Of a DNA stretch of 64,000 bases, positions 46,529-56,232 are shown in pieces. Below the pieces are notes generated by a model. That model was not told the DNA's origin, did no database searches, and saw only the letters and a program-made list of their open reading frames with translations. The position numbers and the translations under genes are program-made. The stretch is from a virus: positions 20,646 to 84,645 of IMG/VR virus record IMGVR_UViG_3300036791_000797; one strand, given 5' to 3'. Numbering within the stretch: the first letter of the stretch is position 1; each line of letters opens with the position of its first letter.

Positions 46529-46722
46529 ACGAGCATCTACCTCAGATACGAACCGAGTACCGCGCCGTGTGGACTTACGACGGTGATCGTTGTGCCGGAG
46601 GGATCCGGCCCACTGCTGAGAGGGCGCTAAAGGACGCCGAGGGTTGGATGTATCCCAAGCCTGATCTCAGCGTCGAGCAGCGCACCGTCACGATAGGTCC
46701 CTGGGCCGAGGTGATGGCATGA
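46525..46722 (+). CDS. hypothetical protein
   Basis: ATGA overlap. Confidence 0.55.
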   Translation: MNEHLPQIRTEYRAVWTYDGDRCAGGIRPTAERALKDAEGWMYPKPDLSVEQRTVTIGPWAEVMA

Positions 46723-47003
46723 CCGTCCTCGACATCATCGACGCCAAGCTGGCCACCCGCAAGGCCTACGACGCAGCCAAGCGCACCATGGATCTTCTCA
46801 GCGCCATCACCGACGACGAGACCAGTATCCCGTTCAGGATCGAGGAGATCCTGGACTCCGCCAAAGAGACCCTGGTGCTGGCCACCGAGGCCGATGCCCT
46901 GGCCTTCGCTCGGCTGGCCGACGCTTATGCCAGAGCCCATGAGGCTCAGGCCGATCTGTCCGCCTTCCTGGACGGCCGGGCTCCCCAAGTGGGTGAGGGA
47001 TGA
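46719..47003 (+). CDS. hypothetical protein
   Basis: ATGA overlap, RBS GAGG. Confidence 0.6.
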   Translation: MTVLDIIDAKLATRKAYDAAKRTMDLLSAITDDETSIPFRIEEILDSAKETLVLATEADALAFARLADAYARAHEAQADLSAFLDGRAPQVGEG

Positions 47004-47275
47004 AGCTCATCACCATCGAGTACGGCCAGTACATCGACGGCTATGGCTTCGCCCGATCCACCACCGCGCACAACAATCGCAAGTTCCATCTCATCAATCT
47101 CAACCGCTTTAGCACCACCGCCTTGTGCGGCAAAGGCACCTATGGCTCGCAGGGCGATGTCACCGGCAAGCTATGTGGGGAGTGTGCCGACGCGGCCGGG
47201 ATCCACAGTGCCACCGACCTCAGCCTGGACAAAGAGACCAATGACTGGTGGAAGGCTCAGAACAATGCCCAATGA
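47000..47275 (+). CDS. hypothetical protein
   Basis: ATGA overlap. Confidence 0.6.
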   Translation: MKLITIEYGQYIDGYGFARSTTAHNNRKFHLINLNRFSTTALCGKGTYGSQGDVTGKLCGECADAAGIHSATDLSLDKETNDWWKAQNNAQ

Positions 47276-47435
47276 CAAGACCATCATAGAGCGCATCAAA
47301 ACACTGGGTGTCGATGCTGATCGACTGAAGTCAGCATTGGACGGCCATGACAACTGGGGATCCCTGGTGCATAGCTTCGTGTACCTGACCGTGCTGGGCG
47401 TGGTCTGTGACGCCATGATCGAAGAGGAGAAGTGA
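47265..47435 (+). CDS. small hypothetical protein
   Basis: RBS GGAAGG. Confidence 0.45.
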   Translation: MPNDKTIIERIKTLGVDADRLKSALDGHDNWGSLVHSFVYLTVLGVVCDAMIEEEK

Positions 47436-47607
47436 GCAAGGGCACCTGGCCGGAGTGGGCCGAGCGCTGGGACGGCCGTAAGCGCTGTCCCCGCTGTGGA
47501 GCCCGCCTGGTGCTGGTGGCCTGCATGATGATGCACTACCACTCGGTGTGCAGCGCCTCGGGCTGGGCACCCGAACAGTGCGATGCCCAGCCCAAGGCAT
47601 CAGTGTC

Positions 47608-48204
47608 CTAGCAGTGGGCGATGGTGAAGCTCATGGGGGCGGCCCCCACGGTGGCCGAGACGCTCTGATGGTCCACCATGTGGAAACTCACCTGGCTGCC
47701 GTCACTGCCGGTGCCGACGAAGGTGATGGTGTCATGGTTGACGAAGTTCTTGTTGTTGAAGCTGCCGCCGAACCACTGGGTCAGATGACCGGTCAAGGTG
47801 GGAGCAGCCGGATCAGGAGCGATGGGATTGCCCATGGCATCGGCGGTGAAGGGCACCAGGGTCACCTGGCCGGTGAAGGTGGAGGTGAACCAGGCGTCAC
47901 CCTTGTTGTTGATGATGGCATGCTCGACGCCATTGCCGGTGCCGGTGATCTCCACCGCATCGGTCTGGATGTAGGCCGGGCAGTTGGTGGCGGCCGGGCT
48001 GGGGGTGCCGAACTCGGGCTGGTCGGTGCCCGAGGGAGTGGAGAAGTGGGCGGTCTGGTTGCAGGCCGTGAACACCGTCATGCCGCAGGTGAAGTCCGCG
48101 GGCGCGACCGGTGCCGCGCTGGCCATGGCCGTGCCCGCCAGGCTCAGCCCGCCCAGCAGGGTCACTCCCGTCAGGGCGCGTCCCAGTAGTGCTGTCATAC
48201 GCAT
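47608..48204 (-). CDS. secreted beta-rich protein
   Basis: signal peptide ending AMASA; RBS GAAGGG. Confidence 0.75.
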   Translation of the reverse strand: MRMTALLGRALTGVTLLGGLSLAGTAMASAAPVAPADFTCGMTVFTACNQTAHFSTPSGTDQPEFGTPSPAATNCPAYIQTDAVEITGTGNGVEHAIINNKGDAWFTSTFTGQVTLVPFTADAMGNPIAPDPAAPTLTGHLTQWFGGSFNNKNFVNHDTITFVGTGSDGSQVSFHMVDHQSVSATVGAAPMSFTIAHC

Positions 48205-48267
48205 GTCATTTGTCCCTTCGTTGGTGGAGCCCCGACTGTAGCTCGGTCCCTGCGCCCGGTCCCGTCA

Positions 48268-48295
48268 CTCTAAGTAAACCTGCTAAGCTGTCGCC
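48268..48295 (+). promoter_or_regulatory. boxed leaderless promoter, copy 8 (no clear -35)
   Basis: ctctaagtaaacctgc-TAAGCT-N6-ATG. Confidence 0.75.
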
Positions 48296-48904
48296 ATGAC
48301 CACCAGCAGGAGATCCCGAGTCAGCTTCACCGCCCCCGACGTGGCCACCGTGGAGGCGGCCCTGGGCAGCCCTAAGTCCGACTGGGCGCACCAATGCCAC
48401 GCCATGAGCCTGGCTCTGGTCCGCTCGGGACTACTGCCCGAGGGTGCCCGCGTGGCCCGTGGCTGGACCAAGAAGATCCTGTCCCAGCACTCCTGGGTCG
48501 TCCTGGGTGATCCCTACGACCCCGCGGCCACCGTGGTGGACATCACCCTGTGGAGCTACGACGCCAGTGTTCCCACCATCTACGTGGGCCGGGCGAAAGA
48601 CCGTCCGCACGTCCCGCATGGAGCAGGCTCCATCTGGCAGTACGGACGGCCCCCTGAGCCCGTCTCAGAGGTCGTAGAGCTTGCCGAGGACCCAGGCCCC
48701 AGGGCAAACGATTTCCTGCGCCTGGCGTGCCCCACAGGGCTCGATCAGCAGGGCTGGGGAGTGCTGATCCACTCTCCTGTTGAGGGCTGGCCGTCCAAGG
48801 AGATCCTGACCGCGGTGGCGCACACCCCCAAGCTGGCCGGGCTCATCCCCATCGACATCCTGGGCATGGTCACCGACGAGAATCCCAAGGGCCTGTACTT
48901 CTGA
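48296..48904 (+). CDS. transglutaminase-like Cys-His-Asp protein, copy A
   Basis: QCHAMS..QHSW..VVDIT. Confidence 0.6.
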   Translation: MTTSRRSRVSFTAPDVATVEAALGSPKSDWAHQCHAMSLALVRSGLLPEGARVARGWTKKILSQHSWVVLGDPYDPAATVVDITLWSYDASVPTIYVGRAKDRPHVPHGAGSIWQYGRPPEPVSEVVELAEDPGPRANDFLRLACPTGLDQQGWGVLIHSPVEGWPSKEILTAVAHTPKLAGLIPIDILGMVTDENPKGLYF

Positions 48905-49356
48905 TGGCCAGAAAGCTGATCGGGACCAGAGAGCATCCTGGCTGCGTCATCGTGCGAGGGATCCCTCACTTCAGCGAGTGCCTGGTGGCGCAGTGGCCCG
49001 AGCATCCCGACTCCGATTGCACCTGCCATGACGACAGCCCGGACTGGGATCGCGGCTGATGGCCGAGAAGAAGACCAAGCGGGCCACCTGTCCCTACTGC
49101 GGCAAGCGGGTGGCGCTCACCAAGCTCGGCTATCTCCATGCCCACACCGACCCGGCCACTGGCCAGCGCTGCGTGCGGAAGAGTACAAACTGAGCCCATG
49201 AGGTGCCCCGGCTACGATGAGGACGGCCGGGAGTTCGACTGCGACGGCGTCCCCGGCACGGCCTGGACCCCTATATGGTGTGCGGAGTGCGACGAGCGCA
49301 GACGTGCCCGTTTGTCGCGTCAGTTCGATGAGCTTCTGAAAAGGCTGGAGTGAACA

Positions 49357-49854
49357 TTGGGAAGCCGCCTCAAGCTGGTGAGAAGCGATGGCCGGGTCTA
49401 TCTCAAACGCTGGGGATTGGCCTGTCGCTTCGGTGGTGTCTACGTCCATCACATGACCGCCCCCGACCCTGGGCCGGACCTGCATGACCATCCCTTCTGG
49501 TGGGCCTCCTGGGTGGTCAAGGGCGAGTACGTCGAGTGCCGGGCCAGGTCTGTCCAGGCCGTGGCCCGTGCCTACATGGAGGTCCAGGGTGGCATGGTGG
49601 GCTGGCCCGAGCGAAAGGCCACCAGGGGCGATGTCAACCGCCGCTACCGCTGGAGCGTGCAGCAGTTCAGAAGAACTGAGTGCCACATGATCACCGAGTG
49701 CGCCCCCTCGACCTGGACCATCCTGGTGCGCGGCCCCCGGCGCAAGAAACGGGAGATGGGCGAGTATTGGGGCTTCTATACGCCGGATCGCTACTACCCC
49801 GAGGGTGACTATGACCGGCTGGGGGCCAGGGACCTGTGGAACGAAGTGGAGTGA
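49357..49854 (+). CDS. cupin-like hypothetical protein
   Basis: LHDHPFW..G.Y.E..H.I..WT. Confidence 0.6.
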   Translation: MGSRLKLVRSDGRVYLKRWGLACRFGGVYVHHMTAPDPGPDLHDHPFWWASWVVKGEYVECRARSVQAVARAYMEVQGGMVGWPERKATRGDVNRRYRWSVQQFRRTECHMITECAPSTWTILVRGPRRKKREMGEYWGFYTPDRYYPEGDYDRLGARDLWNEVE

Positions 49855-50095
49855 CGGGTGAGTACCTGGAGCCGTGTTATCTGGAGGGGTGTCCATGGCC
49901 CGCGTGTAGATGTGACCGTACACCTCGGAAGGATGGAGTGATGGATGAGCGCACCGAGGAGCAACGCTGGCAAGATGGCTATGCCCTGGGGTTCTGCGTG
50001 GCCTGTCATGGGGCTCGCTCGGTACGAGTGACAACTAAAGAGGGAACGACATTACAGGAGCTATGGTGCCCGGCATGCGAAACAGTAGCAACGTG

Positions 50096-50575
50096 ATGGA
50101 CGAGAAGATGAAGGATCGCCTCGAACAGATCATCGATCCCAAGGCTTATGGCAGCGATGCCGCCTATCATATGATGGTGACATTGTTCCGGCAATGGATG
50201 ACCGAGGTGGAGTGGGCGTGTAAGGACGAGGACATTCCTGACGATAAGACAGCCGCCATCCTCAACCGATTAACGTATGGTCATCCCTATGGGGCCGATG
50301 CCTTGCTGCGAATAGAGATGGATGCGACCAAGCTGGAAGAGCTAAAGAGCAATCCTCCGCCCTCGGTGTTCATGTGCCCTCGTTGTGGTCGGGTCAGTCA
50401 TAGTGCCCATGACATCAAGGAGGGCTACTGCTCGGCTTGCCATGACTGGACGGCTCTGCAATCCCCTCGTCGCGGCGATCATCGCCTCTGCTCCACCCTC
50501 GGCCACTCAGAGCCAGGTCGGTGCGGCAACTGCGGTGCCACCCTGGCCCCCAGCGAACAGGCCAGAGATAGATGA
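50096..50575 (+). CDS. hypothetical protein with C-terminal Zn fingers
   Basis: CPRCG..YCSACH. Confidence 0.55.
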   Translation: MDEKMKDRLEQIIDPKAYGSDAAYHMMVTLFRQWMTEVEWACKDEDIPDDKTAAILNRLTYGHPYGADALLRIEMDATKLEELKSNPPPSVFMCPRCGRVSHSAHDIKEGYCSACHDWTALQSPRRGDHRLCSTLGHSEPGRCGNCGATLAPSEQARDR

Positions 50576-50931
50576 CCATGGCCGAGAGCTACCTGTGGCT
50601 GGACACCTACGACTGCGGGCACACCCAGAACGTGGAGATCGCCGTCCCGGTAGACCGGGAGAGCCGGGTGGGCGAGCCAGTGGTCTGCTACGTCTGCAAG
50701 GAGGCCGGGGAGTTCCACGTCCGCCAGCGCACCAAGGCCGAGTCCCTGGGCCTGGCCTGCCCTCACTGTGGCAGCCCCATGAAGCGGGGCAAGGCCCTGC
50801 TCAACTTCGGGGAGGGCCAGCCCTGCGAGGAGATGGTGCTACCGCCGGTCTGCACCAACCCGGACTGCCAGGCCGCCCGTGATGATGCTGCCATCGCAAG
50901 AGCCATCGAACGGGGTATCATCGACCCTTGA
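50572..50931 (+). CDS. Cys-rich hypothetical protein
   Basis: ATGA overlap. Confidence 0.6.
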   Translation: MTMAESYLWLDTYDCGHTQNVEIAVPVDRESRVGEPVVCYVCKEAGEFHVRQRTKAESLGLACPHCGSPMKRGKALLNFGEGQPCEEMVLPPVCTNPDCQAARDDAAIARAIERGIIDP

Positions 50932-50932
50932 T

Positions 50933-51172
50933 ATGCCCATGCCTAAGCCTTTCGATCCCATGTGCGGCAAGTTCGCGGCTGACATGGAGAGCCTCGACTA
51001 CTACATCCGAGAAGCTGAAGAGGATGACCGAGAGATCACCCCGGAGATGCGAGAGCGGTTCGTGCGATCGGAGGAAGGGACGTACAACCCCGAGAACGGG
51101 CACTTCCTGTGCAACGAGTGCTACATCGTGGCGGGCACGCCAAGCTCGCCCTCGGGGTGGCGTTGCCCCTGA
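50933..51172 (+). CDS. hypothetical protein
   Basis: EEGTYNP..FLC..CY. Confidence 0.55.
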   Translation: MPMPKPFDPMCGKFAADMESLDYYIREAEEDDREITPEMRERFVRSEEGTYNPENGHFLCNECYIVAGTPSSPSGWRCP

Positions 51173-51453
51173 TGTCCAAGGACAACTTCACCAACCAGCA
51201 ACCCTTCATCGTCACCGCGGAGCATCTCAAGTTGCCTTGGGGTGGTTTCAAGGACGGCCGGAGGTTTGGCTGCGCCTTCTGTCTGACCTCATTCCTGGAA
51301 GGCCAGACCGTGCGTTGGATCTGCATGCCCAAGGTGCCCAACATCTTTGTGTGTCAGGAGCATGACACGCCTGATGTCCAAGAGCTATGGAGCGATCGTT
51401 GGACCAATGTGATCCTGCCCATACTCAGACGCTGGAGCAGTGACTATGACTGA
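51172..51453 (+). CDS. hypothetical protein
   Basis: TGATG overlap. Confidence 0.55.
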   Translation: MSKDNFTNQQPFIVTAEHLKLPWGGFKDGRRFGCAFCLTSFLEGQTVRWICMPKVPNIFVCQEHDTPDVQELWSDRWTNVILPILRRWSSDYD

Positions 51454-52134
51454 TCAGGGCGTGCCGAACATGGCCAGCAAGGCCTGGGCCAGGGAGTTGG
51501 GGTCGGTGGTGTCCGCGAAGCTCAGCGCCCGGACGTGGCTGTTGCCACTGGCGATGCGCTGGTAGCCCGCCATGGTGGCGTCATGCTCGGGGCCATAGCC
51601 GACCACGGCCACGGCCACGTAGGTGCCGCCCTTGGACTTGGCCAGCAGGTCCTCGAACTCCTTCTCGTCGGAGGCCTCGCCGTCGGTGATGACCATGCAC
51701 AGCAGGGACGGGCGCGAGGTGGGATCCTCGTCCCCGAACTCATCGAGGTAGTTGGACAGGACCAGTTGGAAGCCGGGCACGATGTTGGTGCCCCCGCCCC
51801 AGCGGATGCCCTTCCATTGCTGGCGCACGTTGCCGGAGTTGAGGTCGCCCACCACCTGGGCCTCGGAGGCGAAGGTGACGGTCATGACCCCACCCTCCTC
51901 CTCACCGGCTGCCTCGGTCTCCTTGGCCGCCTGGGCGTCGAAGCCCTCCAGGCCAGCGATGATGAGCGGGATGGCCTCACCGACCAGTTCCCTACGCTCC
52001 ACCTTGCCGTCGGCGGTGGTGGGGTAGCTCATGGAGCCCGAGGTGTCGAGCAGGAGAGCGGGCTCCAGGTTGGCCGGGCCAGCCTTGCTCAGGGGGCTCA
52101 GGTCGTTGACGCTTGGTTCGGGTGTGGTTGTCAT
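51454..52134 (-). CDS. vWA (MIDAS) domain protein
   Basis: LLDTSGSM, GGT, ITDGE; -10 TAGCCT 8 nt before ATG, MTTT start. Confidence 0.85.
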   Translation of the reverse strand: MTTTPEPSVNDLSPLSKAGPANLEPALLLDTSGSMSYPTTADGKVERRELVGEAIPLIIAGLEGFDAQAAKETEAAGEEEGGVMTVTFASEAQVVGDLNSGNVRQQWKGIRWGGGTNIVPGFQLVLSNYLDEFGDEDPTSRPSLLCMVITDGEASDEKEFEDLLAKSKGGTYVAVAVVGYGPEHDATMAGYQRIASGNSHVRALSFADTTDPNSLAQALLAMFGTP

Positions 52135-52173
52135 GGCCGCGGAGGCTAGCACCCGACCACTTGAAACGGTGAC

Positions 52174-52210
52174 TTGACTCTCTCTAAGGGAACCTGCTAA
52201 TGTGGTCGCC
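52174..52210 (+). promoter_or_regulatory. boxed leaderless promoter, copy 9
   Basis: TTGACT-ctctctaagggaacctgc-TAATGT-N7-ATG. Confidence 0.85.
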
Positions 52211-52495
52211 ATGACCACCACCGAAGTCATCACCCCTGATCCCTTCCACACCGAGTGGGAGGCCGTCATGGCCCCCCTGCGGGACAACCCCCTGTGGGTC
52301 CAGGTCCGCCACGCCGCCACCGAGACCATCGAGCGGGACCTGATCTCCATGTGCGGGCCGGACCACGGCCAGGGCATCTCAAGCTCCGACATCAACCACA
52401 CCATCTTCGCCGTAGCCCGCCGGGTCAACGTGCCCCTGCGCCTGTGGCCCGCCCTGTACGCCAAGGCCATCGTAGAGTCCCTGGAGACCTGGTGA
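52211..52495 (+). CDS. hypothetical protein (MTTT start)
   Basis: promoter-defined start. Confidence 0.65.
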   Translation: MTTTEVITPDPFHTEWEAVMAPLRDNPLWVQVRHAATETIERDLISMCGPDHGQGISSSDINHTIFAVARRVNVPLRLWPALYAKAIVESLETW

Positions 52496-53070
52496 GCGCC
52501 CCTGAGCCCGCCTGGGCGGCCTGCCGGGGCATGGGACCCTGGTACGGCTTTCGGACCCGCTTCGAGGCTGAGAGCTTCGTCAGCGACCATCCCAACGGTT
52601 GTGTCAGCCCGGTAGCCCTGGTCAACCAGCGGCCCCTGCTGGTCCCCGAGGGCCGCTGCGTGGTCTGCCTGGTCAACCACCCCCAACTCCTGAAGGCCCG
52701 CGAGCAGAAGCACTGGCCCGAGACCGAGGTGCTGGGTCGGGTGGTCCACCGCTCCTGCGCCCATGAGGCCGAGTTCCTGATCGACTTCGCCACCAAGGCC
52801 CACCTCGACGGCAACGCCTACCGGTGGCTGTCCAACCACCACTGCGTCCCCCACGATTGCCTGCAGCTAGCGGTGATCCTGGGCGTGGCCGACGAGGCCT
52901 ACCTGGAGTCCTCCCGCGTAGCCGAGCGGGCCGAGACCCAGGCCTTCCTGGCCGCCTACCGGGCCAACCAGGGACCCATGAGCGCGGAGGAGCGGGCCGA
53001 GGCCCGCGCCGCCTTCGGGCCGGGTGAGGTCATCGTGGATGTCATCACCGGACGACGGACCCAGCTATGA
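52492..53070 (+). CDS. hypothetical protein
   Basis: GTGA overlap. Confidence 0.65.
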   Translation: MSAPEPAWAACRGMGPWYGFRTRFEAESFVSDHPNGCVSPVALVNQRPLLVPEGRCVVCLVNHPQLLKAREQKHWPETEVLGRVVHRSCAHEAEFLIDFATKAHLDGNAYRWLSNHHCVPHDCLQLAVILGVADEAYLESSRVAERAETQAFLAAYRANQGPMSAEERAEARAAFGPGEVIVDVITGRRTQL

Positions 53071-55106
53071 AGCCCGAGCCCTTCGAGGTATTGCGTCAGC
53101 AGTACACCGACATTCCCATGGAGCTATCCAAGTCCCTGTACGACTTCGTGGGCCGCTTCAAGCGACCATGGCGTGAGGGTGATACCTACTGGCCCGATTA
53201 CACCCTGGACACCCAGGTCAAGATCATCTATGAGGCCATCCTGGACCTGGGCGATGACCTCACCGAACTGGAGCGGGTGGAGCGGTTCTTCACCGACTCC
53301 ACCCCGCCCAGCCCGGCCTGGGAGGAGCTTCCTGACGATGCCTCCCTGGAGGACCGGGCCATCCGCCTGACCCTGTGCCTGAACCAGGCCCTGGACGAAG
53401 CCTCACTGCGTGAGATGGAGGTCAACGAGCATGGTGTCGAGGCACTTGGTAACATAGCTGACAAGCTCAAGGCTTGGGGCAAGTATTGGCCACCGGAACT
53501 TGAGGCCCAAACCACACTCGTCCTGAAGCTGATAGTCGATGCAGATGACGAGACCATGCGGGAGTTCAAGCTCGTTGAAGGATTGTTCAAGCTCACCGGC
53601 AACCCCAAGCTGCGACCCTTGCCACAGGGGTCCACGCGACGCGACCGAGCCCGGCGTATGGCCGCCAGCATGGAATGGGAGCGACAGAAGTCCACCGCCA
53701 TCCAGGCCGACAAAGAAGGCAAGCAGATCACCTATGGCGAGAACTTCGTCACCCGGCCCAACACCAACCTGCGGAGACTCATGAAGTCCGAACCGGCCAA
53801 CCTCATTCGCGCCCAGGGTCCTGACTACTGCTGCCCCCGCTGCGGCCATCACGTCCCCGACGACGTTCACGTCAACGAGTGGGAGGGGGCCTGGAGCCGC
53901 ACCGACCACCGCACCGAGATCTGCTCCCCCTGCGGCCGGGTGGAGTCCTGGGAGGAGCGCTCCGGCAGCTTGACGCCCCAGAGCGCCTGGCCGGTGGAGC
54001 ATATGGAGCCGCCCACCGTCACCGGCTTCTCGGAAGCCTGGGATCACGTCCGCTCCTCGAACCGGGGGGCCATGGCTCCGGCCCCCATGCCTCGCGAGGT
54101 GCCCGAACTGCGCCTACACCTGCTGGAGAAGTGGATCCCCGGCGGCTCCTTCGAGAAGACCCTGGAGCTACGCAACACCATCGCCGGGTCCAACTCGGCC
54201 GAGTCCGAACGGCGCACCCTGCGCCAGGCCAGCCTGTGGTGGTTCTCCGACGAGATGATCCGGGTCACCCTGTCTGTGGCCAAGACCATGCCCACCGACG
54301 TGCGGGGCGAGGAGATCCGCCTGCCCGCCGATCAGACCTTCGGGTTGGTGGTCCTGGGCAGCCCCTGGCTGGGCATCGACTCCATGGACCCCGACCAGCA
54401 GGTTCGGGTGGACGCCTTCACCTGGTGCCCCACCAACATCGATGGCGGGGACTGCCTGTCCATCAGCATGTATCGCTACTTCGACTTCACCGGAGGGTTG
54501 GGACCGGCCGACCTGAAGGAGGCCATCGACACCGGGGCCATCATGGACGCCAGCCAGGACCTGGTCGGTAACGGGCCTGCAGACCAGCGTAGGGGCCGCC
54601 TGCGGGGCGGGGCCTGGATCTACCAGGGCCGGTCGGATTGGCCCCTACGGGAGACCCTGGAGGGCTTTGAGGTCATCTCCGCCGACTATCCCAACGGCCA
54701 GCCCTACAGCGACACCCACAAGGCCTCTCTGGCCGAGGACCGCCGGTTCTTCTCGGCCTTCGCCTTCCTGATCAACCACAAGCTGTCCGAGACCGAGATG
54801 GTGTGGGCTCCCCGCGCCGTGCGGAAGCGGGCGGCACGGGCCGGGGTGGACGCCGACAAGGAGCCGTCCCATGTGCGACTGATCAAGCTGCGCCAGATCC
54901 GGCGCAAGCATGATGAGACCGACGAGGATTACGAGAAGCGCAAGGTGGAGTACAGCCATCGCTGGATCGTGAACTCCCATGTGGCCTGGCGGCGGTGCGG
55001 TCCTAAGGGTGTCAACCGTCGCCGGGTGTTGATACCGGCTTATCCCAAGGGTCCAAAAGACAAGCCCTTGATCATCAAAGAAGACGTGCGAGTGTGGACT
55101 CGATGA
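53067..55106 (+). CDS. large multi-domain hypothetical phage protein
   Basis: 679-aa ORF, central CxxC pair. Confidence 0.7.
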   Translation: MKPEPFEVLRQQYTDIPMELSKSLYDFVGRFKRPWREGDTYWPDYTLDTQVKIIYEAILDLGDDLTELERVERFFTDSTPPSPAWEELPDDASLEDRAIRLTLCLNQALDEASLREMEVNEHGVEALGNIADKLKAWGKYWPPELEAQTTLVLKLIVDADDETMREFKLVEGLFKLTGNPKLRPLPQGSTRRDRARRMAASMEWERQKSTAIQADKEGKQITYGENFVTRPNTNLRRLMKSEPANLIRAQGPDYCCPRCGHHVPDDVHVNEWEGAWSRTDHRTEICSPCGRVESWEERSGSLTPQSAWPVEHMEPPTVTGFSEAWDHVRSSNRGAMAPAPMPREVPELRLHLLEKWIPGGSFEKTLELRNTIAGSNSAESERRTLRQASLWWFSDEMIRVTLSVAKTMPTDVRGEEIRLPADQTFGLVVLGSPWLGIDSMDPDQQVRVDAFTWCPTNIDGGDCLSISMYRYFDFTGGLGPADLKEAIDTGAIMDASQDLVGNGPADQRRGRLRGGAWIYQGRSDWPLRETLEGFEVISADYPNGQPYSDTHKASLAEDRRFFSAFAFLINHKLSETEMVWAPRAVRKRAARAGVDADKEPSHVRLIKLRQIRRKHDETDEDYEKRKVEYSHRWIVNSHVAWRRCGPKGVNRRRVLIPAYPKGPKDKPLIIKEDVRVWTR

Positions 55107-55303
55107 GCAAGACCAAAAAGCCCGTCCACCTGCGCGGTGGGGGCTCGGCTCGGGCCTGGGGCCGCGAGCCCAAGGTCCACTACCCCCGCAACGCCTACGA
55201 GGGCGACGAGGCCTCGCTGTGCGAGCGCAGTGGTCATGGCACCCCCACCGCGGACCCGGTGGACTGCCGGTTCTGTCTGAGGATCGCCAGTGGCGGACAC
55301 TGA
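55103..55303 (+). CDS. small Zn-binding protein
   Basis: ATGA overlap. Confidence 0.5.
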   Translation: MSKTKKPVHLRGGGSARAWGREPKVHYPRNAYEGDEASLCERSGHGTPTADPVDCRFCLRIASGGH

Positions 55304-55574
55304 GCCCGCCTGGTGGCAGCGCCAGGGCTACGCGGCCGGACGCCAGCTAGACCAGGTCCACTGGGTCTGCGTCCACAAGATGATCTTCACCTGGCGACTC
55401 ATGCTCTGCACCGAACGCGAGGTGCTGGACTTCGCCTGCTACCACACGCCGGGCGAAGCCCTGGCGGCCTTTACCACATGGAATGGTAAGACCGTTCCAC
55501 CTGGTGATTGGATCCGCCATCACGGCTCGGGCCAGCGACGTTTGGACGACGGCTCCATCGTCATAGCGTCATAG
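55290..55574 (+). CDS. hypothetical protein
   Basis: RBS GAGG. Confidence 0.55.
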   Translation: MADTEPAWWQRQGYAAGRQLDQVHWVCVHKMIFTWRLMLCTEREVLDFACYHTPGEALAAFTTWNGKTVPPGDWIRHHGSGQRRLDDGSIVIAS

Positions 55575-55580
55575 ATCTGT

Positions 55581-55606
55581 GGTTTGGGTTATGGCCATAG
55601 GGGTAG
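55581..55606 (+). promoter_or_regulatory. SigF/SigB-type promoter candidate
   Basis: GGTTT-N15-GGGTAG. Confidence 0.4.
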
Positions 55607-55615
55607 TACCTGGGC

Positions 55616-55822
55616 ATGGCTGCTCAAGCTCCTGCCACGCGTTGGTCTCAGCCGGGCTATTGGTCACCAGTTCGATTGCTGGCTGTGGTGGCCACTATTG
55701 CCACTCTGATTATCGGCTTTGTCATCGCCTTTGGCAATCTCTCTGCGACCAGTTTCAAGGACTGGGTCGCATCCGGCATCATCGCCGCGGGTGTAGCCCT
55801 GGGCTGCATCATCTTCCTGTAG
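55616..55822 (+). CDS. small two-TM membrane protein
   Basis: two hydrophobic helices. Confidence 0.6.
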   Translation: MAAQAPATRWSQPGYWSPVRLLAVVATIATLIIGFVIAFGNLSATSFKDWVASGIIAAGVALGCIIFL

Positions 55823-55840
55823 GTAGGTCCCACCTGCAAC

Positions 55841-55887
55841 CCACCCGCCCGGTGTCGGGAAGGCCAACCCGGCACCGGGTGGGGTGG
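55841..55887 (+). terminator. long GC-rich hairpin
   Basis: CGCCCGGTGTCGGG / CCCGGCACCGGGTG with G-U pairs, after 55822 stop. Confidence 0.55.
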
Positions 55888-55907
55888 CCATCTATGGTGG
55901 TGGCACC

Positions 55908-56231
55908 ATGGACATAGAGGGCCTGTGGTATGACCGCCAGGGCCAGCCCATCAGCTTCGAGGAGGGCGCTCGCCTGCTCAGCGACGGGGAGGCCCGGCGG
56001 GTGGCCCATGACGTGATCATCGTGGACGGTGAGCCCATCTGGGTCTCCACCGTGCATCTGGTCCTCAACCATTGCTACGGCGGGGGACCACCCCTGATCT
56101 TCGAGACCATGACCTTCACCCATGACGGCCCGGTGGACATGGTGTACCGCTATCCCACCGAGGAGGCGGCCCTGGCCGGGCATGACCAGGTGGTGGCCGA
56201 GCTACGCGACAAGGCCGATCACCCCACCTGA
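55908..56231 (+). CDS. hypothetical phage protein
   Basis: VSTV..PLIFETM..RY.T..A..GH. Confidence 0.65.
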   Translation: MDIEGLWYDRQGQPISFEEGARLLSDGEARRVAHDVIIVDGEPIWVSTVHLVLNHCYGGGPPLIFETMTFTHDGPVDMVYRYPTEEAALAGHDQVVAELRDKADHPT

Positions 56232-56232
56232 C

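Noticed and set aside
51454-52854. 466-aa ORF and other N-terminally extended track ORFs containing 'PLRKPANV'-like peptides
   Set aside because: The extensions are translations of promoter DNA; starts were reset to the leaderless codons
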